Positions 27,281 through 36,940 of a DNA stretch of 64,000 bases are shown in pieces. The translations under genes were made by a program, and so were the position numbers. The notes beneath the pieces were generated by a model. It saw only the letters and a list, made by a program, of their open reading frames with translations. It ran no database searches and was not told the DNA's origin. Origin of the DNA: an uncultured Eubacteriales bacterium (GTDB taxonomy: Bacteria; Acidobacteriota; Aminicenantia; Aminicenantales; Aminicenantaceae); assembly GCA_964456985.1 (NCBI GenBank), contig CAYWDH010000001.1, positions 17,975 to 81,974 on the forward strand, in the 5' to 3' direction. Position 1 is the stretch's first letter. Every line of letters starts with the position of its first letter.

Positions 27281-28291
27281 CTAGTGCAAAAAAACTTTTA
27301 CAGCCGCTGTTTTAAAAGTCGCCCAAATCCGGGTTCCTGCCCTGAGCCTCATTTCCTTGAAAGACGGATAGGTGATATCCACATAAAGCAAAACCCCAAT
27401 GTCTACAACAACCTCCATGTGATTGGTCCGTTTGATGCCTTTGACCACTTTGCCGGAAAAGGAATTGCGGGCCGATGATTCCAATTTGGCTCTGGATAGC
27501 AGGATATCATTTGACCGCACAGCGATATGGGCTTTTTCCGCTTCTTTTTCAGTGGTCATGATGGGAATCCCGTCAATATCCATTATATAATCTTTTATCC
27601 GGCCCGAAAAAACATTTTTATACCCTAAAAAATCAGCTGCTTTCTTTGAGATCGGGTGGTTAAACACTTTTTCCGGAGTGTCTTTCTGTATCAACTGTCC
27701 TGAAAAAAGAAGCCCGATCCTGTCTCCCATAGCCAGGGCTTCTTCAAAGTCATGCGTTACATGAACCACAGTCGGATTGTCCTTTTTGTGAATGTTGAGG
27801 ATCAAACGCTGTATCTGCGTCTTTGTGCTCAGGTCCAGAGCTGCGGTGGGCTCATCCAAAAGGTAGACATCTGGCTGCATCACCATGGCCCTGGCAATGG
27901 CAGCCCTCTGTTTTTCCCCTCCTGAAAGCGTCTTGATATCACGCGACAGAAGGTTTTCAATCCCCAACTGCTCGCTTACACTCTCAACCTGAGTTTTGAT
28001 GACCTGTTTCTTCTCTTTTCTAATGGTCAGGCCGTATGCGATATTTTGAAACACATTCATATGGGGAAAAAGCATATAATCCTGGTAGATCAATCCTGTC
28101 CTCGATCGATCCAAGCCTGTTATTTTCCCTGAATCCGGAGACTCCAACCCGGCCATCATCTCCAGAAGCAGTGTCTTACCCGCTCCACTGGGCCCTAGGA
28201 TCACAAAATACTCTCCGAGACTCACTTCCAGAGAAAAGTCCTGGATATGAAAATCCCCGTAGTTTTTGTTCACTCTCTCTAGTTTGATCAC
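27281..28291 (-). CDS. modC: Molybdate/tungstate ABC transporter ATP-binding protein with a C-terminal TOBE/Mop domain
   Basis: Walker A GPSGAGKT, signature LSGGEKQR, Walker B LLDEP, and a C-terminal TOBE-like ~70 aa. Confidence 0.85.
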   Translation of the reverse strand: MIKLERVNKNYGDFHIQDFSLEVSLGEYFVILGPSGAGKTLLLEMMAGLESPDSGKITGLDRSRTGLIYQDYMLFPHMNVFQNIAYGLTIRKEKKQVIKTQVESVSEQLGIENLLSRDIKTLSGGEKQRAAIARAMVMQPDVYLLDEPTAALDLSTKTQIQRLILNIHKKDNPTVVHVTHDFEEALAMGDRIGLLFSGQLIQKDTPEKVFNHPISKKAADFLGYKNVFSGRIKDYIMDIDGIPIMTTEKEAEKAHIAVRSNDILLSRAKLESSARNSFSGKVVKGIKRTNHMEVVVDIGVLLYVDITYPSFKEMRLRAGTRIWATFKTAAVKVFLH

Positions 28292-29040
28292 TTTTTGTCC
28301 CCCACTACTCTTAAAATCACAAAGATCACCAGTGTGATTATAATCAGGACCGCTGTGGCCGGAGCTGCATAATCAAGACCAAAATTCTGGAAGCGCTCAA
28401 AAATCAGAACCGGTGCTGTCATAGGATGATAAGCCAGAATCACCACGGCTCCGAACTCAGAAATCCCGCGTGCCCACATCATGATAGACCCTGAGACGAT
28501 CGATTTTTTGGCCATGGGAAGGCTTATAGTAGTAAACGCTTTCCAGGGGGAAGCTCCTAAGGAAACGGCTGTTTTCTCATAACGCACATCTATCATCTTG
28601 AATCCTTCTTTAGCGCTGTTCACAAGAAAAGGCAGGGACACAAACAGCATACCAATGGATACAGCCGCTTCTGTGCCTGGTATGGAAATCCCTGTGATCC
28701 GGGTAAATACCGACTCTCTCCCCCACACCATCAGAAGTGCAATGCCTGCGGCTGTATGGGGAATAACAACCGGGATATCAATGAGCCCTTCGATTATTTT
28801 TTTGCCAAAAAACTTGTGTCTGGCCAGGACAAAACTCAAAGGGATCCCTAAAACCAGGGCGACCAGGGTCGCCCATAAAGAAGCTCTTAAGGTCAACAAA
28901 ATAGAACTCATAAGCTCCTTCTCCCCGAGAGCGCTGCCAGCCTCCGAAGGGGTGACCGAGAAAATCATCCGGAAGATAGGCACAATGATAAAAAGAACCA
29001 GCAGGGTTCCTAAAAGATAAAAAAGGGGGTTGACTTTCAT
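28288..29040 (-). CDS. modB: Molybdate/tungstate ABC transporter permease
   Basis: 250-aa polytopic protein with an EAA-like loop (SLGASPWKAF), located between the modC and modA homologues. Confidence 0.85.
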   Translation of the reverse strand: MKVNPLFYLLGTLLVLFIIVPIFRMIFSVTPSEAGSALGEKELMSSILLTLRASLWATLVALVLGIPLSFVLARHKFFGKKIIEGLIDIPVVIPHTAAGIALLMVWGRESVFTRITGISIPGTEAAVSIGMLFVSLPFLVNSAKEGFKMIDVRYEKTAVSLGASPWKAFTTISLPMAKKSIVSGSIMMWARGISEFGAVVILAYHPMTAPVLIFERFQNFGLDYAAPATAVLIIITLVIFVILRVVGDKK

Positions 29041-29041
29041 C

Positions 29042-29992
29042 CTAATCGTTTCTAAAAAAACGCCTTAATTCCTGAGGAAGCTTTTCAAAATAATCTATCC
29101 CTGGTGGAATGATTTCAGGCTGTCCGCTCTTTGCCATAACTTCCTTTCCCTTATCACTTAGAACAAATGATACAAATTTCACACCCAGTTCAGGATGAGC
29201 CGCTGTTTTAGGCACAGTGATCCCATACACCATGGGAGCTCCTTTTCTGGATATGGTCTCACCCGGCTTTTTTCCGCTGAGCTCTACACTCACCTCCTGG
29301 TAAAGATGATTCATCTCTGGAGATTTGAGATTGATCTCATCCGGAAGAAGAACAGATTTCCCATTGTGCTGTTCCGCTACACTGCGGTAGATGAAAATAT
29401 AATCCAGTTCTCCGCTTTCGAGAAGAGCCAGCAGGTCGACTTCTTTGGGACGGATATTTTTTTCCGGACAGTTTCTCACAAGCTCTTTATAAAGACCCGG
29501 TTTTCCATAATGCTTCTCCGCCAGTTTCCAGCAGAGTATGGTGCGGTATCCGCAGGGATCGGCATCAGGGTTTGAATGCCCGTACCACACATCATCCCTA
29601 AGCAGTATCTCATACCAGTTTTCCGAATTAATCTCTTCGGAATACCGGCTCTCCTTCCTGTACATGATCACCATTTCATTGGATGTAAAATCAATACAGT
29701 AATCCGCATATTCGGGAATAAGAAGAGTTTGTATCACCGCAGAATCCGCAGAGGTCATCACATCAGCTTGACTGTTGAGCTCTGTTATCTTCCGTGCACA
29801 GATCCGACTTCCCGCAGCCTCCCTTCTGACAATAATATCCGGATTCTGCTTCATGAATTCTTCAGCCATGTGCTTGAACGGCACTGAAAGAGAACCAGCA
29901 TGGAGGACCAGAAGTTCCTGTTTTTCTTTATTTCCACAGTGAAGCGTGAAAAGAAATCCCAGCATCAGAACAGATAAAAATACTTTTCTCAT
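29042..29992 (-). CDS. modA: Molybdate/tungstate-binding periplasmic protein (ModA/WtpA type)
   Basis: Signal or lipoprotein N-terminus LGFLFTLHC. LLVLHAGSL...ADVMTSAD resembles the ModA/WtpA family. First gene of the Moco operon. Confidence 0.8.
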   Translation of the reverse strand: MRKVFLSVLMLGFLFTLHCGNKEKQELLVLHAGSLSVPFKHMAEEFMKQNPDIIVRREAAGSRICARKITELNSQADVMTSADSAVIQTLLIPEYADYCIDFTSNEMVIMYRKESRYSEEINSENWYEILLRDDVWYGHSNPDADPCGYRTILCWKLAEKHYGKPGLYKELVRNCPEKNIRPKEVDLLALLESGELDYIFIYRSVAEQHNGKSVLLPDEINLKSPEMNHLYQEVSVELSGKKPGETISRKGAPMVYGITVPKTAAHPELGVKFVSFVLSDKGKEVMAKSGQPEIIPPGIDYFEKLPQELRRFFRND

Positions 29993-30009
29993 ATCTTTTC
30001 TTTTTTAGA

Positions 30010-30200
30010 ATTATGAAACGACCTTAAAATCGATGGGATTCTCCTTTCCAATCCGGGAGGCAAAACCGTTTCCCGTTTTACCCTATCGGCTTAAAGGCAT
30101 AGTCCCTACCTTAGCACTTTAAGCTCGGAGAACTCAATCATAATAAAAAAGAATATTTCAGTCAAACAGGGATCCGGAGCCATACTCCCTGCCAAGTCTG
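30010..30200 (-). ncRNA. Candidate molybdenum/tungsten-cofactor (Moco/Tuco) riboswitch in the 270-nt leader of the modABC-moe-moa operon
   Basis: The leader is long (29993-30271). Its minus-strand sequence contains CUCCGAGC, GGAUCC and GCCUCCCGG...GGAAAGGAG segments, reminiscent of conserved Moco-RNA features. The paired CAGGGA...UCCCUG segments form hairpins. The operon context fits, but no covariance model was run. Confidence 0.3.
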
Positions 30201-30271
30201 ATATAAAGAATCTTCCTTCTAAATGATGCCCCTTTCAACTGAGATGGAAGAGGACTGAGCCGTATTTTCTT

Positions 30272-32680
30272 CTATTTCACTCTTATTTCCAAGATCCCGG
30301 CTGAATAATCGGGCTGGCACTTAAGCTCCACGCGAAGAGCTTCAGTCTGAACCGGTCTGAACGTAACTGCATTGTATTGATCCTTTTTGACCTCATAAGA
30401 AGTTTGGTTCTCTACTGGTTCCCAATTTCCCTGTTTTCTGATCAGGACCTTCCATGACTCTGGAATCCTGCATTCACCACGTCCTGTATCATCAAACCAG
30501 TATACCTCGACTTGAGATACTGTTTCCGGCTTCTGCAGATCAAACTGGATCCATTCTTCTGTCCCCTTATTGGGCCACCAGTGAAGATAAGGAATAGAAT
30601 GATCGTTTGAATTTTTGGGCTCTCTCCGGTCATTGACTGGAAAGCCGTCCTTATCCCCTGACACCGTTACTTGACTCTGTGAGGCTATGGTGGGCTGAGG
30701 CACAGGCCGGGCTTTTTCTTGAGTGCGTGCCAGCCAGACCATCATTTCCCCTTTTCCCCTGTGCGCCCAGGAATAATAAGGTATTGCCGTGAAATTTTGC
30801 TTCCGGCTTAAAACTTCTCCTTCAGAGCCTTCGTAAAGACCCTGGGCCTCAGCTTCTATCACAGAAACTCCGTCAAAGAAATCAGGCCTGTAGTCTGAAC
30901 GGAGCTCAACATCATCGGGCAAAACAAGATTGCTGACATGTCCGCCGTTATACTCCCATTCCGCACAAAATACAATAGGACCTCTTTGAAAGCTGACTTT
31001 TCCTGTATCTTCCGCAACATTCTCATTGCTCAGGACTCTTCTTACGGGCATGGGAAATTGAATCTCTATCTGATCCCCATTCTTCCACACTTTTTCTATA
31101 ACGGCATAACCTTTTTCTGTTTTAAGCGTCATTTCTTCTCCGTTTAATTTAAGAGAGACTCTATCTTCATTATCCTTATAAAAGTGGTACAGGTCACCGG
31201 GAACAGGTTTGTTCTGGGTCCACCCCGGAATCCTTACAGCCATGCAAAATCTCTCCTCCTTCTCAGGAAAAACAGTGACCTTCACATCACCTTCCCATGG
31301 ATATCGGGTCTCCTGCTCCACTCTAATGGTTTGATCTTTCATCTCCACCTGGGCATTACAGGAAGTGAAGAGATTAACATAGATTTTATCCTTGTCTGTG
31401 GCCAACACATAACCCGGGACAGAAGGCATGAATCTCGAGATATTACCGGGACAGCAGGCGCAGGAAAACCAGGGACTTCTCTCGTTCTGACCGTAAGATT
31501 CCAAAACATTTTGATAAAAGAAACGGTCACCTTCCAGAGAAACACCTGAAATGAGTGCGTTATAAAGCACTCTCTCCAGCACATCGATGTATTTTCCCTC
31601 CCCATGAAGAAGAAACATCCGGAAGTTCCAGAGCGCATTTCCTACGGATGCACAGGTCTCGGAATAGGCTGTGGCGTTAGGCAGCTGATAGGCCTTTCCA
31701 AAAGCTTCGCCGGCTCCGGTAGCCCCGATTCCTCCTGTAACGTAAAGTTTTTTATAAACCACATCTTCCCAGATATGGTCAATCGCCTTTATATACTCAG
31801 CATTCCCGGTCAGAGAAGCCACATCAGCCATGCCGGAATACATATATACAGCCCTGACCGCGTGGCCCACAGCCTCTTCCTGTTCCACCACAGGTTTGTG
31901 GTCCTGAGAATATCTTCCATAGAGTTTCCGGTGTTCGCTGTCTCCGCGTTCATCCAGAAAGAATTTGGCTAAATCAAGATACTTTTTATCGCCTGTCACC
32001 CTGTACAGCTTGACCAGACCTATCTCTATCTCCTGGTGTCCCGGAGCTCCTCTTTTTTTATCAGGGCCAAACACTTCAGCCACTAAATCTGCGTTTTTCA
32101 AGGCGATATCCAGCAGTGTCCTTTTTCCTGTGGCCTTGTAATGAGCCACAGCTGCTTCATAAAGATGCCCGGCATTGTAAAGCTCATGTCCCAGGTAGAG
32201 ATTGGACCATCGGTCTCCCTCGCACCAGCGCACCGGTGTTTCGGATTTAATGGTTCTTGCTGTATAAAGATAACCGTCTTCTTCTTGCGCTCTTCCGATT
32301 ATGGATATCAAATCATCCAAATATTTCTCAAGTTCAGGATCAGGATGCACCTGAAGGGAATAAGAGGCGCCCTCCATGATCTTATATACATCCGAATCGT
32401 CAAAGGGATAGACAGTCTGGAATCCCCCGCTTTTTATTCCTGCGGCTATTCTGAAGTTGTCAATGCGTCCGGTTTCTTCGCACTGTTCAAACGCATAAGG
32501 AATGGTCACACGCCGGTTGGTCTCAATTCTGGAAGACCAAAACTCATCATTGATACGAACCTGAGTGAAAGGGACCGGCTTTATGGAATAATCTCCGGTC
32601 TCTCTGCTTTGGCAGGAACTGTTCATAAAAACGAATCCCGCAAAGGTTAAAATCATTAACATAGAGACAGACTTTCTCAT
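30272..32680 (-). CDS. GH127-family (DUF1680, beta-L-arabinofuranosidase-like) glycoside hydrolase with a C-terminal F5/8-type C (discoidin) domain
   Basis: Signal peptide. The HypBA1-type Zn/catalytic residues are present (E..C in ETCASV and CC in CACCPGN), together with an RIPGW block. The C-terminal ~140 aa are discoidin-like. Confidence 0.8.
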   Translation of the reverse strand: MRKSVSMLMILTFAGFVFMNSSCQSRETGDYSIKPVPFTQVRINDEFWSSRIETNRRVTIPYAFEQCEETGRIDNFRIAAGIKSGGFQTVYPFDDSDVYKIMEGASYSLQVHPDPELEKYLDDLISIIGRAQEEDGYLYTARTIKSETPVRWCEGDRWSNLYLGHELYNAGHLYEAAVAHYKATGKRTLLDIALKNADLVAEVFGPDKKRGAPGHQEIEIGLVKLYRVTGDKKYLDLAKFFLDERGDSEHRKLYGRYSQDHKPVVEQEEAVGHAVRAVYMYSGMADVASLTGNAEYIKAIDHIWEDVVYKKLYVTGGIGATGAGEAFGKAYQLPNATAYSETCASVGNALWNFRMFLLHGEGKYIDVLERVLYNALISGVSLEGDRFFYQNVLESYGQNERSPWFSCACCPGNISRFMPSVPGYVLATDKDKIYVNLFTSCNAQVEMKDQTIRVEQETRYPWEGDVKVTVFPEKEERFCMAVRIPGWTQNKPVPGDLYHFYKDNEDRVSLKLNGEEMTLKTEKGYAVIEKVWKNGDQIEIQFPMPVRRVLSNENVAEDTGKVSFQRGPIVFCAEWEYNGGHVSNLVLPDDVELRSDYRPDFFDGVSVIEAEAQGLYEGSEGEVLSRKQNFTAIPYYSWAHRGKGEMMVWLARTQEKARPVPQPTIASQSQVTVSGDKDGFPVNDRREPKNSNDHSIPYLHWWPNKGTEEWIQFDLQKPETVSQVEVYWFDDTGRGECRIPESWKVLIRKQGNWEPVENQTSYEVKKDQYNAVTFRPVQTEALRVELKCQPDYSAGILEIRVK

Positions 32681-32970
32681 TGGACTCCTCCTTTAAATTT
32701 TCATCATTTTCCAAATAGCTTTTTGATTTTACCATATAAGGAAAATCAATCCACCTGAATTATTCACAAGTCAAGGTTAAGGATAGCTTACTGAAATTCA
32801 GGTGTGGCTGAAGCGACATTGAAGATTTAGCCTTTGGAGTGCTGTGTTTGAGGGAACTCGGCAAAGCCGAGCTGTGAGTATGTTTGGCCCACGGACGGGA
32901 TGAACATTTTACTTGTTTTTTTCGCCTCTCTAAAATAAACTCAATAACAATTCATAAAGGAGAAAAATAT

Positions 32971-34539
32971 ATGAGGCAGCCCAAAAAAGTCTATCTATTT
33001 ATTTTGATTTTAAGTTTTGCAGCGCTCACCTGCATAAGCGCTCCTCGCGGAAACGAGACACACACAGCCACACTTGTTATCAATGCAGATCAGGGTCATT
33101 TCAAAATCAGCAAGCACATTTACGGACATTTCTCAGAACACCTGGGGCGGTGCATTTATGGGGGTTACTGGGTAGGAAAAGACAGTCAGATCAAAAATAC
33201 CAGAGGAATCAGGAATGATATTGTGGATGCCCTAAAAAAAATCAAAGTTCCAGTTCTCCGATGGCCCGGAGGATGTTTTGCAGATGAATATCACTGGAAA
33301 GACGGGATAGGCCCTCCAAGCGAGCGCCCAACTTTGGTTAACACTCACTGGGGAAGAGTCACGGAAAACAATCATTTCGGCACTCATGAATTTCTTGACC
33401 TCTGCCAGCAGATAGGATGCGAACCCTACATCTGCGGAAACGTAGGGAGCGGAACCGTCAGAGAGATGAAAGAATGGATTGAGTATATTACTTTTGACGG
33501 ACAGAGTCCCATGGCAGACCTACGCCGGAAAAACGGGAAGGATGCTCCTTGGAAGCTTCCCTTTTTCGGTGTCGGGAATGAAAACTGGGGATGCGGCGGG
33601 AATATGCGGCCCGAATACTATGCGGATGTTTACAGGAGATTTCAGACCTATGTGCGGAATTACTCCGGAAACAGGATCTACAGAATCGCATGCGGAAGCA
33701 ACGGCCGGGACTATGAGTGGACAGAAGTACTGATGAAAAGGGCCGGGTGGTATATGAATGGATTGAGTCTCCACTATTATACAGTTCCCGGCGGGTGGGG
33801 AAATAAGAATTCTGCTACTGAATTCGAAGAAAAAGACTGGTTCGAAACTCTGGAAAAAGCTCTGTTCATCGATGAACTCATCACAAGACATTCGACCATC
33901 ATGGATCAATATGATCCACGGAAAAGAGTGGGAATGATCATAGATGAATGGGGCACCTGGTATGAAGTCGAACCGGGCACCAATCCGGGATTCCTTTATC
34001 AGCAGAACTCTCTCCGTGACGCACTGGTAGCCGGAGCGACCCTGAATATATTCAACCAACACTGCGAAAGAGTGAAGATGGCCAACCTGGCTCAAACCGT
34101 CAATGTTCTTCAATCTCTTATACTCACCAAAGAAGAGCAAATGATTCTCACTCCAACCTATCATGTTTTTGACATGTACAAGGTCCATCAGGATGCCACC
34201 CTTCTTCCCCTTGACCTGAAATGTCCTCAGTACACATACCAGGACAGCAGCATCCCCCATATCAGTGTGTCTGCCTCAAAAAACAGCCAAAAAGAAATAC
34301 ATATCACTCTCTGCAATCTCGACCCGAAGGAATCCATACACCTGACATGCGAACTGAGAGGTATCCGTGCAGAGACCGTTACAGGTCAGATCCTGACCTC
34401 GGATAAGATGACAGCACACAATACGTTCCAAAATCCGAACGAAGTCAAGCCTTCACAGTTTAAAGGTGCTGTTTTGGAAAACAATACTCTGGAAATAACG
34501 CTTCCGTCAAAATCTGTGGTTGTACTTAAGGTCAAGTAA
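32971..34539 (+). CDS. Secreted GH51 alpha-L-arabinofuranosidase
   Basis: An AAAGGAG ribosome-binding site lies 8 nt before the ATG at 32971. The ORF-track start at 32884 is an upstream extension. Signal peptide present. GH51 blocks [14 protein letters not shown] and [10 protein letters not shown]. Confidence 0.85.
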   Translation: MRQPKKVYLFILILSFAALTCISAPRGNETHTATLVINADQGHFKISKHIYGHFSEHLGRCIYGGYWVGKDSQIKNTRGIRNDIVDALKKIKVPVLRWPGGCFADEYHWKDGIGPPSERPTLVNTHWGRVTENNHFGTHEFLDLCQQIGCEPYICGNVGSGTVREMKEWIEYITFDGQSPMADLRRKNGKDAPWKLPFFGVGNENWGCGGNMRPEYYADVYRRFQTYVRNYSGNRIYRIACGSNGRDYEWTEVLMKRAGWYMNGLSLHYYTVPGGWGNKNSATEFEEKDWFETLEKALFIDELITRHSTIMDQYDPRKRVGMIIDEWGTWYEVEPGTNPGFLYQQNSLRDALVAGATLNIFNQHCERVKMANLAQTVNVLQSLILTKEEQMILTPTYHVFDMYKVHQDATLLPLDLKCPQYTYQDSSIPHISVSASKNSQKEIHITLCNLDPKESIHLTCELRGIRAETVTGQILTSDKMTAHNTFQNPNEVKPSQFKGAVLENNTLEITLPSKSVVVLKVK

Positions 34540-34620
34540 CCTGACCTATTCATAAGAAACTTGTGAATAACCCAGGATAAATCATTCCTGCTTCTCTTAT
34601 CTGAATTTTCTGGTATAATA

Positions 34621-35448
34621 TTGGTTTTTAAAGTGAACACTATGACGCCAATCAATATAGCAGCAATGGTTCTTATCGGAATATTCACCGGTATACTAAC
34701 AGGATTGACCGGTTCCTCAGGTGTTATGGTGGTAGTCCCTCTTCTCAACATGCTGTTGAATTATCCGATCCATGACTGTATAGGAACGAGCTTAATGGTG
34801 GACGTCATAGCCCCTGCAGCCATAGCCTACTCCTATTATAAACACGGTAATATTGCTTTGAAATCAGGGCTGTGGATAGCTGTCGGTTCTGTCCTGGGAG
34901 CCCAACTGGGCGCAAGGTTTTCAGACAGCATCCCGGAGTTGGGATTGGCACGAATCTTTGGGATTTATATGATCGTCCTAGGGATTGTTATATGGAAGAA
35001 AGGGATAAACAGAGAGATCATAGGTGTGAAATTCAAGAAAGTCCTGAAATTCAAAACCCCGGCTCAAAAAACCATCACCTCTTTGTGCCTGGGATTTGTT
35101 GTGGGCATCTTAACCGGACTCCTGGGCGCTGGAGGAGGAGGATTCATACTGATACTTCTTATCTTTGTTCTTAATTTCCCTCTCCATCTGGCCATCGGAA
35201 CATCCGTGCTTATTATGGCTATAACCGCAAGCTCAGGAGCTGTAGGATTTGCTCTTCACGGAAACATAAGACCCATTTCCGGAATAATCATCGGAATAAG
35301 CGCTGTATTCGGAGGGACCCTCATGGCGCGGTTCGTTAATCGGATTGAAGAAAAGATGCTGGCTAAAGCCATAAGCATCACTTTCATGCTGCTGGGAGCT
35401 GTCATGATCATTATCCGCTTTATTGAAACACACAAAATCATACCTTAG
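34621..35448 (+). CDS. TauE/SafE-family (DUF81) sulfite/anion exporter
   Basis: Typical 4+4 TM duplication with GLTGSSG and GLLGAGGGGF glycine-rich motifs. Confidence 0.8.
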   Translation: MVFKVNTMTPINIAAMVLIGIFTGILTGLTGSSGVMVVVPLLNMLLNYPIHDCIGTSLMVDVIAPAAIAYSYYKHGNIALKSGLWIAVGSVLGAQLGARFSDSIPELGLARIFGIYMIVLGIVIWKKGINREIIGVKFKKVLKFKTPAQKTITSLCLGFVVGILTGLLGAGGGGFILILLIFVLNFPLHLAIGTSVLIMAITASSGAVGFALHGNIRPISGIIIGISAVFGGTLMARFVNRIEEKMLAKAISITFMLLGAVMIIIRFIETHKIIP

Positions 35449-35479
35449 GTGATTTTGTTTTTCTCCCCTTAATATCTTT

Positions 35480-36859
35480 CTATTCTGCTGGCAGAGGTTG
35501 CATCTTTTTCGAGGATATTTTTTTATGCTCTCTCACAATCAAGAATCCCAGAAAAATCCAGACCACAGCCATAATGATGTTGAATTTAGCAAAGGTTTCG
35601 ACCACGATAAATTGAGCCCAGAGGAAAACAATCAAGCTGTGAGTGACATCACCGGCCCGGTGAAAAAAGGTATCAGTGGCTGCCTTGGCCTTATACTTCT
35701 CTTCCCTTGAAGTAATAAGATAGAGAGCGTGCCGTGTTGTGTTCATCAATGAGTAATCTGTCCCATTCTCCGTGGCTTTGATCCACTTGACAATAAGCAG
35801 AGAGGCCCCCATGCTGATGAAAAAATACCCTCCCAACGCAATAAAAGGAAGGATGAATACAGCTGTCCTAACTCCGAACCATTTAAATATTCGGGATACC
35901 AAAAACAGCTGGATAAACATGGCCAAAAGGTTCATGATAATATAAAAATCCGAATAGAAACTTCCATAGATCTGCTCGACCGAGAGCCCTCCTGCTGTTC
36001 CTGCCTGAACTGCCTCAAGAGCCCTGCTTTTTATCACACGGTCCAGTATGTATCCCCCATTGGTGTTGATAAGATTCAAAAGAAGGACAAAAAGAGCAAT
36101 ATAAAGAAGATAGCGCTTCTTGAAAACAAGCTTAAAACCTCCACCTTTTTTCAACGGCTTTTCTTTTTCTGTAGATATGCTTTTCAAAGGAACGTCTGTC
36201 TCTTTTCCAACTTTACCTTTGATCTCCCTTTTATGGATCACATAGGTAAGGACAATGCAAATTCCCAGCACAGCTGCGGATACAAGAAGAAGCTGATACA
36301 TTCCCATCCAGTTCTGGATACGCTTAAAGATATAAGATCCGGAGAAAGCACCAAAAGTGGCACCAAAAGCAATGATAGGAAAAAGGCGCTTTCCGGCTTC
36401 TTCCGTATAAACATCATTGGCAAATCCCCAGAACTGGGCAATGACCACGACATTAAAAATGCTGGCCCAGATGAAAAAGATGATACTGATCGTGCTGAAG
36501 GGAATGCCAAAAAGATTCAACACGGAAAATATGATCAGGTTTGATATAAAAAACAATGTGACCCATGCTATGAGTTTCTGCCTGGGGACTTTTGACGAAA
36601 TAGAGCTGAATGCCTTGATGACGAAAATCAACAGGACTGAAATAACTCCATAAAGATAGCTTTTTGTCTCGGGTCCCCACTCCGTAAGGATGGATGAATC
36701 TCTAACTATCTTTATTATGTAGTACGCCCCCAGGATCAAATAAATATTCAATGTCAGAAGTAAAGCCGTACCCGCTTCCCCGGGACGAATATCTGTAAAT
36801 AACCTGAAAAATTTAAGGAAGAATCCTCCCCTAATTCCTTTATCTCCCCTTTGATCCAT
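35480..36859 (-). CDS. TLC-family (ATP/ADP translocase-like, MFS AAA-type) nucleotide transporter homologue
   Basis: ILGAYYIIKIVRDS and FWGFANDVYTEEAGKRLFPIIAFGATFGAFSGS correspond to the conserved TLC blocks (ILFNYTILRDTKD and FWQFANDI..EAKRFY.LFG.GAN). About 12 TM helices. Confidence 0.55.
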   Translation of the reverse strand: MDQRGDKGIRGGFFLKFFRLFTDIRPGEAGTALLLTLNIYLILGAYYIIKIVRDSSILTEWGPETKSYLYGVISVLLIFVIKAFSSISSKVPRQKLIAWVTLFFISNLIIFSVLNLFGIPFSTISIIFFIWASIFNVVVIAQFWGFANDVYTEEAGKRLFPIIAFGATFGAFSGSYIFKRIQNWMGMYQLLLVSAAVLGICIVLTYVIHKREIKGKVGKETDVPLKSISTEKEKPLKKGGGFKLVFKKRYLLYIALFVLLLNLINTNGGYILDRVIKSRALEAVQAGTAGGLSVEQIYGSFYSDFYIIMNLLAMFIQLFLVSRIFKWFGVRTAVFILPFIALGGYFFISMGASLLIVKWIKATENGTDYSLMNTTRHALYLITSREEKYKAKAATDTFFHRAGDVTHSLIVFLWAQFIVVETFAKFNIIMAVVWIFLGFLIVREHKKISSKKMQPLPAE

Positions 36860-36940
36860 AGAACCCTCCGAATAGAACAGTAAAGTTTTAATAGGATTTT
36901 TTCTTATACAGAAGGAAATGTCAATAGAAAAATAGGCGAT

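Noticed and set aside
32884-32970. ORF-track start of GH51 at 32884
   Set aside because: The ATG at 32971 has an AAAGGAG ribosome-binding site and is followed immediately by a typical signal peptide. The extension lacks a ribosome-binding site.
33520-34260. 246-aa minus-strand ORF inside GH51, and similar antisense ORFs in rhaA (37235-37948), pckG (15558-15968) and the BNR gene (46575-47136)
   Set aside because: All are antisense to well-supported CDSs and have no motifs or ribosome-binding sites.
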